NCBI GenBank assembly: GCA_001303415.1
Contig: LJTN01000008.1
Location: forward strand, 4,695-68,694
Direction of reading: 5' to 3'
Source of the DNA: Myxococcales bacterium SG8_38
GTDB taxonomy: Bacteria; Myxococcota_A; Polyangia; Polyangiales; Houyiibacteriaceae
Length of the DNA: 64,000 nucleotides
This document shows, one piece after another, positions 29,575-38,122 of this stretch. Within the stretch, counting starts at the first letter, position 1. Each line of letters begins with the position of its first letter. Position numbers and translations under genes: made by a program. The notes under the pieces are model-generated. The model searched no databases, had not been told where the DNA came from, and saw only the letters and a list, made by a program, of their open reading frames with translations.

Positions 29575-30606
29575 TTGATAGGGCTCGTCGCGCGCGCCGC
29601 CGAAGCGGGGCTCTTTCCCGATCCGCTGGTTCGCTTTGCCATTCGCCGTCTCCTCGAGGGCCGGCTGCGGCAAAGCGTGCGGGGAGATCAGGCCGCGCGG
29701 GACCTGGAGGAAGCCGCGCTGCTCGAGCGGTTGCGACAAGGGCCGATCGCGATTTCGGTCGAGGCCGCCAACGAGCAGCACTACGAGGTGCCTGCGGCAT
29801 TTTTCGAGCACGTGCTCGGCCCGGAGCTCAAGTACAGCTGCTGCCATTGGAGCCCAAAGACGCCGGACCTCGCGGCTGCGGAGGAGGCCATGCTCGAGCT
29901 CACCGCCTCGCGCGCCCGCATCGACGACGGCATGCGCATCCTCGACCTCGGTTGCGGTTGGGGCTCCTTTTCTCTTTGGGCCGCGGATCGTTTCCCGCGT
30001 GCCAGCATCCTTGCCATGTCGAATTCTCGTCTCCAGCGCGAGCTCATCATGCGCCGTGCGGCCGAGCGCGGTCTACGCAACATCCGCGTGCAAACCGCGG
30101 ACATCAATGACTTCGATCCCGCCGAGCGGTTCGACCGCGTCGTGTCGATCGAGATGATGGAGCATGTACGGAACCATCCGGCACTTTTCGAGCGCATGGC
30201 CCGGTGGCTGGCGCCGGGCGGCATGGCATTCGCGCACGTCTTCTGCCACCGCGCCCGTGCGTACACCTACGAAGTGACCGGCTCGACCGACTGGATGGCC
30301 GAGCATTTCTTCACGGGCGGCATGATGCCGTCCGAGTCGCTATTCAGCCGTTATCAGGAGCATCTTTTGCTACGCGAGCAGTGGCGCGTCAGCGGAACGC
30401 ACTACCAGAAGACCTGCAACGCCTGGCTCGAAAACCTCGATCACCATCGCGCGCACATCATGCCCATTCTCCGCGACGGCTACGGCCGGGAGGCAAACCG
30501 CTGGTTTCACCGGTGGCGGCTCTTCTTCATGGCCTGCGCGGAGCTTTTTGCCTATCGAGACGGCTCGGAATGGTTCGTTTCCCACTATCGTTGGGAACGT
30601 CGTTAG
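29575..30606 (+). CDS. Cyclopropane-fatty-acyl-phospholipid synthase-family SAM-dependent methyltransferase
   Basis: SAM motif ILDLGCGWGSFSLWAA and CMAS-type flanks (QHYEVPAAFFEHVLGP..YSCCHW; WRLFFMACAELF). A probable TTG start at 29575 lies 5 nt after GAGGAG. The track start at 29434 would overlap the divergent gene. Confidence 0.83.
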   Translation: MIGLVARAAEAGLFPDPLVRFAIRRLLEGRLRQSVRGDQAARDLEEAALLERLRQGPIAISVEAANEQHYEVPAAFFEHVLGPELKYSCCHWSPKTPDLAAAEEAMLELTASRARIDDGMRILDLGCGWGSFSLWAADRFPRASILAMSNSRLQRELIMRRAAERGLRNIRVQTADINDFDPAERFDRVVSIEMMEHVRNHPALFERMARWLAPGGMAFAHVFCHRARAYTYEVTGSTDWMAEHFFTGGMMPSESLFSRYQEHLLLREQWRVSGTHYQKTCNAWLENLDHHRAHIMPILRDGYGREANRWFHRWRLFFMACAELFAYRDGSEWFVSHYRWERR

Positions 30607-30630
30607 CTCACCGGCCTTCTGCCGCGGGAG

Positions 30631-31416
30631 TCACCGCTCCCGATAACTTCGCATGAATGCGCTTCGCACGTCGAAGGCAAGGTCGAGCGACCCGAGGAGC
30701 TCGTGAAGCGAGGTCAGGTACAGCCCGAACGCGATGAAGTGGCGATGCAGCGTTCCGTGCTCGGGACGGTGCACCCTGGCCATGGCCCTCAGCGTCGAAT
30801 CGAGCTTGCTTCGATCGAAGCGCACGCTTCGCGGGTTCCCTTCGCCGAGATGCTCAAGCAGAGGCTTCGCCGATCGTCCTAGGCCCAACTGGCGCAGCCC
30901 TTCTGCGAGATGCTTCTTTCGTTCGAGAAAGAAGCCGGCGTACACGTTTCGCAAACCGTCTCTGAACTCCGGATCCCAGCGTAGATAAAACGGTCGAGGG
31001 CTCCAAACCGCATCGCCCGCTCCGTCGACTCCGAAGTGCGAAGGCCACAGGTCGAGGATGGCCACCTCAGCGCGAAAGAGTTGTGTGAAGTAGAGCTCGA
31101 GCGCGACTTGCCCCAGCCAGCGCCGCTGCGGGCGCGAAAGCGCATCGTGCTCGACCAACGATGGCGCGTCTTTGCTCTCGTCGACTAGGACGGGCACGCC
31201 GGCGTCCCTTAGCAGGGCTTGCATGCTGGCCATCACCGACTCGAAGCGACGCCCGTTGGCGGCGTTGGACAGAAGCTCTAAACCTTGGTGCGCGACGTGG
31301 CGCGTCGAGACGAGATCGATCGCGGCCGGCGCCATCTTGAGCAGGCTGTTCCATTCCGTAGTCGAATGGAGGAAGGAAAGGTGGACGCGCGGCGTATGCA
31401 TGTGATTCGTGGCCAT
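30631..31416 (-). CDS. Hypothetical protein (261 aa), third gene of a small operon
   Basis: Long clean ORF with normal amino-acid composition. ATG at 31416 lies 11 nt after the upstream stop. No motif recognised. Confidence 0.55.
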   Translation of the reverse strand: MATNHMHTPRVHLSFLHSTTEWNSLLKMAPAAIDLVSTRHVAHQGLELLSNAANGRRFESVMASMQALLRDAGVPVLVDESKDAPSLVEHDALSRPQRRWLGQVALELYFTQLFRAEVAILDLWPSHFGVDGAGDAVWSPRPFYLRWDPEFRDGLRNVYAGFFLERKKHLAEGLRQLGLGRSAKPLLEHLGEGNPRSVRFDRSKLDSTLRAMARVHRPEHGTLHRHFIAFGLYLTSLHELLGSLDLAFDVRSAFMRSYRER

Positions 31417-31427
31417 CTCTCTCGACC

Positions 31428-31643
31428 TCAACTTTCGGCGCGTATCCCTGCTGAAGAAGTGGTTGCTCGTAGGCGCGGCGAGCGCTCGGTGCGCGGGTCG
31501 TCGGGGGTGCCGCGGGCGTCGAGATAGTCCTCGTAGGAATCGACGGGGGTCTCGTTGGCCCGATGCCGGATCGCGACGTAGGCGCCAGCGGCTGCCAGGA
31601 AGCTGACCATGGCTCCGAAGATCAAGAGCTCGAGGTCACTCAT
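31428..31643 (-). CDS. Small single-pass membrane protein (71 aa)
   Basis: MSDLELLIFGAMVSFLAAAGAYVAIRHR... is one TM helix followed by an acidic/Pro-rich tail. Its ATG overlaps the upstream gene's stop by 8 nt. Confidence 0.45.
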   Translation of the reverse strand: MSDLELLIFGAMVSFLAAAGAYVAIRHRANETPVDSYEDYLDARGTPDDPRTERSPRLRATTSSAGIRAES

Positions 31644-31866
31644 GGCGACCTCCGGTGAGCAGGAGACCACCGGCCGCCAGAATCGACGGGACCCAAAGGC
31701 CGACGAACAATCCGCGCTCTCGGTCGCCCGAGAACCACAGCCAAACCGAAAGAGCAAAGGAAAGACCAGCAGCTGCAAAGAACAAGGCCTTGGACGCGGC
31801 GAGCCGATTCGCCCTGCTGCGCGACTCGAGCCGGGCCGGGGAAGATGCGGTGGATAGTGGACTCAT
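31636..31866 (-). CDS. Small two-helix membrane protein (77 aa)
   Basis: ATG at 31866 is preceded by GGAGGAGG. Two hydrophobic helices (ALFFAAAGLSFALSVWLWF; LFVGLWVPSILAAGGLLL). Confidence 0.45.
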   Translation of the reverse strand: MSPLSTASSPARLESRSRANRLAASKALFFAAAGLSFALSVWLWFSGDRERGLFVGLWVPSILAAGGLLLTGGRHE

Positions 31867-31993
31867 CGATGCCTCCTCCACAGTTTCTAGGTATTGTCGA
31901 GGTTTCGTCAAGACTATATAGACAAGATATGGACAGGACAACTGACGCGACCAAGTGGTCGCAAGATGATCGGTACGGGGAGGGGGCCCCGCG

Positions 31994-32743
31994 ATGAACG
32001 GCATCGCATTCGTTCAGGGAGCAAGCCGCGGGCTCGGCTTGGCGCTCACTCGGCAGCTGCTCGCGGAGCCGGCAGGGCACCGGGTGTTCGCTTCATGCCG
32101 GGAGCCGACCCGGGCGACCGAGCTTGGTGCCCTGGCTGCCGAGTATCCCGATCGGCTCTGCCTCGTCGAGATCGATGTGACGCGCGAGGAGACAATCTCG
32201 GCCGCCGCGGAGGAGCTGGGCCAGCAGGTGGATCGGCTGCACCTCGTGATCAACGTGGCAGGCGTCCTGCACGGTCCCGGCTTTGCCCCGGAAAAGAAGC
32301 TCGACCACGTCGATCCACGGGCGCTTCGCGCAGTCTTCGAGGTCAATGCGTTCGGCCCGCTTCTCGTGGCCAAGCACCTTCACCGCTTCTTGCGCCATGG
32401 TGAGCGCTCGATCTTCGCGAGCCTATCCGCACGCATCGGCAGCATCTCGGACAACCGGCTCGGCGGCTGGTATGCGTATCGAGGCTCGAAGGCTGCGCAG
32501 AACATGTTCACTAAGACGCTGTCCATCGAGCTCGGCCGAGTCGCGCCTCGGGCAATTGTGGTCGGCCTGCATCCGGGTACGGTCGATACGGATCTGTCCA
32601 AGCCGTTTCAGAGCAACGTCCCCAAAGCGCAGTTGCTCTCGCCGCATCGATCGGCCGCCTCGCTCCTCAGCGTGCTCGACGGTTTGAGCCACGAGGACAC
32701 GGGCAAAGTGTTCGACTTCCGCGGCGAAGAGATCAGCCCCTAG
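31994..32743 (+). CDS. Classical short-chain dehydrogenase/reductase (SDR)
   Basis: 249 aa. Cofactor motif VQGASRGLGLAL and catalytic Y-x3-K (YRGSKAA). Confidence 0.85.
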   Translation: MNGIAFVQGASRGLGLALTRQLLAEPAGHRVFASCREPTRATELGALAAEYPDRLCLVEIDVTREETISAAAEELGQQVDRLHLVINVAGVLHGPGFAPEKKLDHVDPRALRAVFEVNAFGPLLVAKHLHRFLRHGERSIFASLSARIGSISDNRLGGWYAYRGSKAAQNMFTKTLSIELGRVAPRAIVVGLHPGTVDTDLSKPFQSNVPKAQLLSPHRSAASLLSVLDGLSHEDTGKVFDFRGEEISP

Positions 32744-32774
32744 TCGGCGCGGGCGCCGGTGCTAGATTTCTGCG

Positions 32775-33491
32775 ATGAGCCTGCGATCGCTTCAGCCGCT
32801 TCGGGCCGTTCGAGCCCTCCGAAAGCTCTTCGCCAATCCGGATGAGACGCACTACGTATTCGAGATCATCGATGCGCTTCAGGGGCCCGCGCTCGACCGG
32901 ATGCTCGCGCGGCTTCGCAAGAGCGAGCAAGGCCGGCAATTGCTCACCGAGCGTCCGGATTTGCTCCCCATTCTCACTGACCGCGCGTGTCTGCGCGCCT
33001 TGCCCGAGGGCAGCCTCGGTCGAGCCTATCTCACCTTCGTCGAGGCGGAAGGCATAAGCGCCGAAGGTCTGGTCGATGCCTCGGATCGCGCGCGCCGCGA
33101 TGGTGAAACCGCGGAGCGCACCTGGTTGCGCAACTGGCTGCGAGACACGCACGACCTTTGGCACACCGTGTTGGGATACCAGGGCGATCTGATCGGAGAA
33201 GCCGCCATTCTCGCATTCACTCACTATCAAACCGGCAATTGGGGTGTGGGCATGATCGCGAGCTTCGCCTGGTACAAGCTCGGACGCGTGACGCACCCCG
33301 ATCTCGGGGCGCGCGCCATCGTGGTAGACGGCCGGCGGCGCGCAAAACGGGCACTGTGGTTCGTCGACATTCCTTGGCACGGATGGCTGCATCGCCCGCT
33401 TGCAGAAGTGCGCCGGGAGCTGCGCGTGGAGGCGCTTCCGGAGTACCAACCGGTGCGCTCCCACGAGGTCGACGTCGCGTTCGCGGCATAG
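32775..33491 (+). CDS. Coq4-family protein (bacterial homolog of ubiquinone biosynthesis protein COQ4)
   Basis: 238 aa with an intact HDLWHTVLGYQGDLIGE, which is the Coq4 zinc motif HDxxH-x11-E. Confidence 0.72.
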   Translation: MSLRSLQPLRAVRALRKLFANPDETHYVFEIIDALQGPALDRMLARLRKSEQGRQLLTERPDLLPILTDRACLRALPEGSLGRAYLTFVEAEGISAEGLVDASDRARRDGETAERTWLRNWLRDTHDLWHTVLGYQGDLIGEAAILAFTHYQTGNWGVGMIASFAWYKLGRVTHPDLGARAIVVDGRRRAKRALWFVDIPWHGWLHRPLAEVRRELRVEALPEYQPVRSHEVDVAFAA

Positions 33492-33508
33492 CACCGCGGG
33501 CAGCAGGC

Positions 33509-34000
33509 TCAGGATTCGGACCGTGCGGCGAGCCGCATTCTTCGTCGTTCGGCGGCCTCCTCGGCAAGCCGGCGGTCTTCCGGGCTTTCGGCGAGAAGCG
33601 AAGGAACGGGGTGCGGCTTTCCGTCTTCACCGATGTTGACGAAAGTGGCGCGCGCGTCGGCACACAAGGCCCGGCCCGTCGTGGCGCTTTCGCGCTCGAC
33701 ACGGACGGCGATCTCCATCGACGTGGTGAATGCCGCGTTGAGGCGCGCGGTGAGACGCACGATGTCACCGACCTTGATCGGCGCGCGAAACTCGAGCGCA
33801 TCGACCCGCGCGGTGACACAGACACGGCCGCAGTGCCGCCTGGCTGCGATCGAGCAGCAGATATCGATCCAACTCATGATCACGCCGCCGAACGCCGTAC
33901 CGATCGCGTTCGCATGTTGCGGCAAAACGAGCTCGGTCATTTCGGTGAATGACTCGGAAGGCGGCTTTGCATCCATCGGCCACAGCATAAGGTGTGCCAA
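33509..34000 (-). CDS. Acyl-CoA thioesterase (hotdog fold, YciA-like)
   Basis: 163 aa. LVLPQHANAIGTAFGGVIMSWIDI is typical of YciA/Acot-type hotdog thioesterases. Confidence 0.85.
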   Translation of the reverse strand: MAHLMLWPMDAKPPSESFTEMTELVLPQHANAIGTAFGGVIMSWIDICCSIAARRHCGRVCVTARVDALEFRAPIKVGDIVRLTARLNAAFTTSMEIAVRVERESATTGRALCADARATFVNIGEDGKPHPVPSLLAESPEDRRLAEEAAERRRMRLAARSES

Positions 34001-34026
34001 ATCGGGATTAAAGGCATAATCCGATC

Positions 34027-35535
34027 GTGCATTCGCTTTTCACACGGGAGGAGTCGCGCGACGTCGATCGTGCGGCGATCGAGGAGCTCGGCATCGTCAG
34101 CCTGGTCTTGATGGAAAACGCCGGACGTGGCGCGGCGGATGCGATTTCCGAAGTGTTTAGCGAGGGGCTGCGGCGTGTGGTGTTGGTCGGCGGCCCCGGG
34201 CAAAACGGCGGTGACGCCTGGGTCGTGGCGCGGCGTATGAGGCTGCTCGGCTATCGGCCGCTCGCCGTGCTGGTGGGGGATTCGTCGAAGCTCCGCGGCG
34301 ACGCAAAGGCGAATTGGTCGCTCCTTCACGAGCTCGGGATCGAAGCCGTCCCGGTGGACCCGGGCGACGCCGAATCGATCGGCGGATATCTCGCCGAAGC
34401 GACGCTGATCGTCGATGGTCTATTCGGTACGGGGCTCGATCGTCCGATCACCGGCGGCTACGCTGCGGTCATCGAGGCTATGGACGAGGCCTCGGCTCCG
34501 ATCGTCGCCTTGGACCTGCCGAGCGGGCTCGACGCGAACACCGGCGCGGTTCTCGGAGTCGCACCTCACGCTGCGCTTACCGTGACCTTCGCCGGTCACA
34601 AGCGCGGGCTTCACCAGTACCCCGGGGTCGAGCATGCCGGTGAGGTACGCGTTGCCGATATTGGCATTCCGATCCAAGCCTCGCCCGCGGCAAGTCTTTG
34701 GACGAGGCAAGACCTGCGCGCCCTGATCGCGCCGCGCGCTCCGGACGCGCACAAGGGAACCAACGGGCACCTGCTCGTGGTCGGTGGCGCCCCTGGGAAG
34801 ACCGGGGCGGCGGTGCTCGCGGGGCATGCGGCCTTTCGCGCCGGAGCAGGTCTGGTCACGATCGGCGCCAGAGCCGACTCGCGTGCCGCGCTCGAGGAAA
34901 AAGTAATCGAGCTGATGACGACGGCCCTTCCCGAGGAGGCTGATAGAGGAGCGGTCGAATCGCTTTGCGAGGGCAAGCGTGCGGTCGTGCTCGGACCCGG
35001 CATGGGATTGGACGAGGTGGGCGCTGCATGGGCGCATGCATTCAGCCGCCATGCACCGGTGCCCACGGTGATCGACGCCGATGCGCTCACCCACCTGGCG
35101 AGTGAAGGTCTCGCATCGCTCCAGGGTGCAGCGGCGCCCCGCATCCTGACCCCGCACCCGGGCGAGGCAGCCCGCCTGCTCGAGATATCGAGCGAGGAGG
35201 TGCAGCGTGATCGTTTCGCCGCCGCCTCGGCGCTTTCGGCGAAATCGGGACAGGTCGTGATTCTCAAAGGAGCACGGACCATCGTCGCAGCACATGGAGA
35301 GCTTCGCGTCTGCGCGGAAGGCACGCCGGCGCTTGGCGTGGCGGGCACGGGTGACGTGCTCAGTGGCGTCGTTGCCGCTTTGGCCATGGCCCTCGCACCG
35401 TTCGATGCAGCAATCGGAGGCGCGCTCCTACACGCCGTCGCCGGGATCGAGGCCTCGGTCGGGGACCGGGGTTTGATTGCATCCGAGGTCGCCGACCGGG
35501 TGCCGGCGGTCTTGGCGCGTTGCCTCGGCGACTGA
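34027..35535 (+). CDS. nnr: Bifunctional NAD(P)H-hydrate repair enzyme (epimerase/dehydratase)
   Basis: 502 aa. YjeF_N half (GPGQNGGDAWVVAR) plus a carbohydrate-kinase-like half (HKGTNGHLLVVGG...GTGDVLSG). Confidence 0.92.
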   Translation: MHSLFTREESRDVDRAAIEELGIVSLVLMENAGRGAADAISEVFSEGLRRVVLVGGPGQNGGDAWVVARRMRLLGYRPLAVLVGDSSKLRGDAKANWSLLHELGIEAVPVDPGDAESIGGYLAEATLIVDGLFGTGLDRPITGGYAAVIEAMDEASAPIVALDLPSGLDANTGAVLGVAPHAALTVTFAGHKRGLHQYPGVEHAGEVRVADIGIPIQASPAASLWTRQDLRALIAPRAPDAHKGTNGHLLVVGGAPGKTGAAVLAGHAAFRAGAGLVTIGARADSRAALEEKVIELMTTALPEEADRGAVESLCEGKRAVVLGPGMGLDEVGAAWAHAFSRHAPVPTVIDADALTHLASEGLASLQGAAAPRILTPHPGEAARLLEISSEEVQRDRFAAASALSAKSGQVVILKGARTIVAAHGELRVCAEGTPALGVAGTGDVLSGVVAALAMALAPFDAAIGGALLHAVAGIEASVGDRGLIASEVADRVPAVLARCLGD

Positions 35536-35554
35536 GCGCACGGTCAGGACAGCT

Positions 35555-35572
35555 TGACACGACAGCGTGTCA
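35555..35572. repeat. Palindrome TGACACG-acag-CGTGTCA between nnr and the ECF sigma gene
   Basis: Perfect 7-bp arms, 20 nt after the nnr stop and about 100 nt before the sigma ATG. No U-tract follows. Confidence 0.55.
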
Positions 35573-35675
35573 GCATGGGGACAAGCTGACGCCGGCAGCA
35601 GGCACGGCGCCTCGAAATGTTTGGGTTTTCGCGGTGGCATTGGCGTTGCAGAGGAGCCTGGGTGGAGAAGCCCCG

Positions 35676-36194
35676 ATGCAACCACACGATCAATACCATC
35701 GAGAGATCTTGCCTTGCCTGCCCGAGCTTTGTCGGACCGCCGCACGCCTCACCCGTGGCGCTTCGCTCGCCGACGACCTGGTGCAGGAAACGCTGACGCG
35801 CGCGTGGCAAGCGCGAGCGAGCTTTCAGCCCGGAACCAACGCCCGTGCCTGGACACATCGCATTCTCTTCAACACCTACATCAATCACTACCGCAAGAAG
35901 AAGCGGGAGCGGCAGGCCCTCGAGGAGCTGCGCGAGATGAGCACGCCCGGCACCCGGCCAACCCACGACGGCCTCGGCGACGAGGTCGTGGCCGCGCTCG
36001 AGGCGCTTCAGCCCGAGTTCAGGGAGGCGGTCGAGCTCGTCGACCTCGGGGAGCTTTCCTACCAGGACGCCGCCGAGCGTCTGCGCTGCCCCGTGGGCAC
36101 GGTGATGTCGCGGCTCCATCGAGGCCGAAAACGGCTCCGAAGCGTGCTAGGAGGCTACGCCGCCGAGCAGGGCGTCGTCCGCTCGGCAGCCTAG
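35676..36194 (+). CDS. ECF-type RNA polymerase sigma-70 family factor
   Basis: Region 2 (DDLVQETLTRAWQ...AWTHRILFNTYINHYRK) and region 4 HTH (ELSYQDAAERLRCPVGTVMSRLHRGRKRL). ATG 35676 follows GGTGGAGAAG. Confidence 0.88.
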   Translation: MQPHDQYHREILPCLPELCRTAARLTRGASLADDLVQETLTRAWQARASFQPGTNARAWTHRILFNTYINHYRKKKRERQALEELREMSTPGTRPTHDGLGDEVVAALEALQPEFREAVELVDLGELSYQDAAERLRCPVGTVMSRLHRGRKRLRSVLGGYAAEQGVVRSAA

Positions 36195-36269
36195 GGCCTG
36201 CTCTTGAAAACACATACCCGACAAAACCGATGTTAAAACCAGCACATATCCTCTAAGGGCGCGGGAGCC

Positions 36270-36297
36270 TTGACGAAACGCGGCAAAGTTACATAGT
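36270..36297 (+). promoter_or_regulatory. Candidate sigma-70-type promoter placing the TSS at or near the moeB-like ATG (possible leaderless mRNA)
   Basis: TTGACG (36270-75), 16-nt spacer, CATAGT (36292-97), then 6 nt to ATG 36304. No Shine-Dalgarno sequence precedes the ATG. Confidence 0.3.
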
Positions 36298-36303
36298 GCC
36301 GGG

Positions 36304-37470
36304 ATGGCAAAGACATACGCTGACATGCTCCAAGAGGTCAAGGCCGCCATCCGGCAGGTCTCCCTCGAGGACTTGAAGGATCGGCTCGATGCGGGCGAGA
36401 ACCTGATCCTCCTCGACGTCCGCGAAAAGGACGAGTGGAGGCAAGGCCATATTCCGGGCGCCGTGCACATCCCGCGCGGTTTTCTCGAGATGCAGGCGGG
36501 CTCGCGCCTCCCCGATAAGGACGCGAAGATCGTCACCATCTGCGCCGCGGGAATCCGTTCAGCGTTTGCTGCCAAGGTGCTTCAAGACCTGGGCTACACC
36601 AACGTCGAGTCGGCCAATCCCGGTTTCAATCAATGGAAGGACCAAGGCTACCCGACGACGCAGCCATTTGCGTTCACCGATGCGCAGCTCAATCGCTACT
36701 CGCGGCATCTCTTGCTGCCCGAGGTTGGCGAGCAGGGCCAAGCCAAGCTGCTCCAGGGGCGCGTGTTGCTTCTCGGCGCGGGTGGGCTCGGCTCCCCGGC
36801 TGCGCTCTACCTCGCCGCAGCCGGCGTTGGAACCATTGGCGTCGTCGACGGCGATACCGTCGACGAGTCGAACCTGCAGCGCCAGGTTCTGCACGGTATC
36901 GATCGCGTAGGTGTGTCGAAGGTCGAAAGCGGAAAGCGCACGATCGAGAACCTCAACCCGGACGTCAACGTCATCGCCTTCAACGAGCGGCTCACGCGAC
37001 AAAACGTCGATCGCATCTTCGATCAAGACTGGGACGTGATCGTCGACGGGTTGGACAACTTCGCCACACGCTACCTCGTCAACGACGCGAGCGTCTGGAA
37101 GAACATCCCGGTCGTTCACGGCTCGATTTTCCGTTTCGACGGACAGGTCACGACCTTCTGGCCGCGGCACGGCCCATGCTATCGCTGCTTGTACCCCGAG
37201 CCCCCGCCGCCGCACCTCGCGCCGTCCTGCGCGGAGGCCGGCGTGCTCGGCGTGCTGCCTGGCGCGATCGGTGTTCTCCAAGCGACCGAAGCGGTGAAGA
37301 TCGTGCTCGAGCGCGGTGATCCTCTCGTCGGGCGTCTACTGCAGTATGACTCGCTTCAGATGCAGTTCCGCACGTTCAAGCTGCGCCGCAACAAGGATTG
37401 CCCGGTTTGCGGCGACCACCCCACCATCACCGACTACATCGACTACGAGCACTTCTGCTCGGGCGGTTGA
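36304..37470 (+). CDS. Rhodanese-MoeB/ThiF fusion (sulfur-carrier adenylyltransferase with an N-terminal rhodanese domain)
   Basis: N-terminal rhodanese with active loop CAAGIRS. ThiF/MoeB core LLLGAGGLGSPAALYLAAAGVG..VDGDTVDESNLQRQ. Two CxxC pairs (CYRC, CPVC). Confidence 0.87.
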   Translation: MAKTYADMLQEVKAAIRQVSLEDLKDRLDAGENLILLDVREKDEWRQGHIPGAVHIPRGFLEMQAGSRLPDKDAKIVTICAAGIRSAFAAKVLQDLGYTNVESANPGFNQWKDQGYPTTQPFAFTDAQLNRYSRHLLLPEVGEQGQAKLLQGRVLLLGAGGLGSPAALYLAAAGVGTIGVVDGDTVDESNLQRQVLHGIDRVGVSKVESGKRTIENLNPDVNVIAFNERLTRQNVDRIFDQDWDVIVDGLDNFATRYLVNDASVWKNIPVVHGSIFRFDGQVTTFWPRHGPCYRCLYPEPPPPHLAPSCAEAGVLGVLPGAIGVLQATEAVKIVLERGDPLVGRLLQYDSLQMQFRTFKLRRNKDCPVCGDHPTITDYIDYEHFCSGG

Positions 37471-37494
37471 GACGAACGAAAGCACGCACCACGT

Positions 37495-38073
37495 TCAGTC
37501 ACGCTTAGCGAGCTGAAACGGAGCGACCGGCCCTTCCATCAGGAATGGGTAGAGGTGTTGCTGCTGTCTTCGGGTGAAGCCGACGCGTCCGATGCCGAGA
37601 TAGAGGCCGGGGCCGGCCTTGCGCACCTCGTCGAACATCGTGTGCACGAGCGCGCCTCCGAAACCGCCCCGCTTGAAGTCGTTGAAGTCAGCGTACTCCA
37701 GGTGAAACGCGTCGCCCGCGTCACCGGGCAGCTTGGAAGGCCCGACCCTGGTTCGCATTCTCACCGACCTCCGGACTCCGCGTGGCGTCATGAAGCTGTT
37801 GTAACCGTGCCCTTGGTTGGGCCCCGTCGGTTCGAACGCCTTGCACAGCCAGCGGCCTTTGAGGTGCACGGTGAACGCAGCACCCAGGTACGCCGATGCG
37901 TTCGTCTGATCGAGCAGGGTCGCGGCGAATTCGCCGTGCATCTCCTCGAGCGTCGGCGCAGGCAGCTCGTGATACAGGTCCACAAGCCGTCTGAACGGCA
38001 TCATGCGAAGCTCGAGCGGAGTGCGCGAGGACGAGGCGCTGAGAGAAGTGATTTCTCGGATTGGCTCGGACAT
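37495..38073 (-). CDS. Hypothetical protein (192 aa)
   Basis: ATG at 38073 is preceded by GAGGAG. Normal composition. No secure motif. Confidence 0.5.
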   Translation of the reverse strand: MSEPIREITSLSASSSRTPLELRMMPFRRLVDLYHELPAPTLEEMHGEFAATLLDQTNASAYLGAAFTVHLKGRWLCKAFEPTGPNQGHGYNSFMTPRGVRRSVRMRTRVGPSKLPGDAGDAFHLEYADFNDFKRGGFGGALVHTMFDEVRKAGPGLYLGIGRVGFTRRQQQHLYPFLMEGPVAPFQLAKRD

Positions 38074-38122
38074 GGCTTTTCTCCTCGATCGATGCGTAAC
38101 GCCAGGTCCGCCTGCTGTCGAC

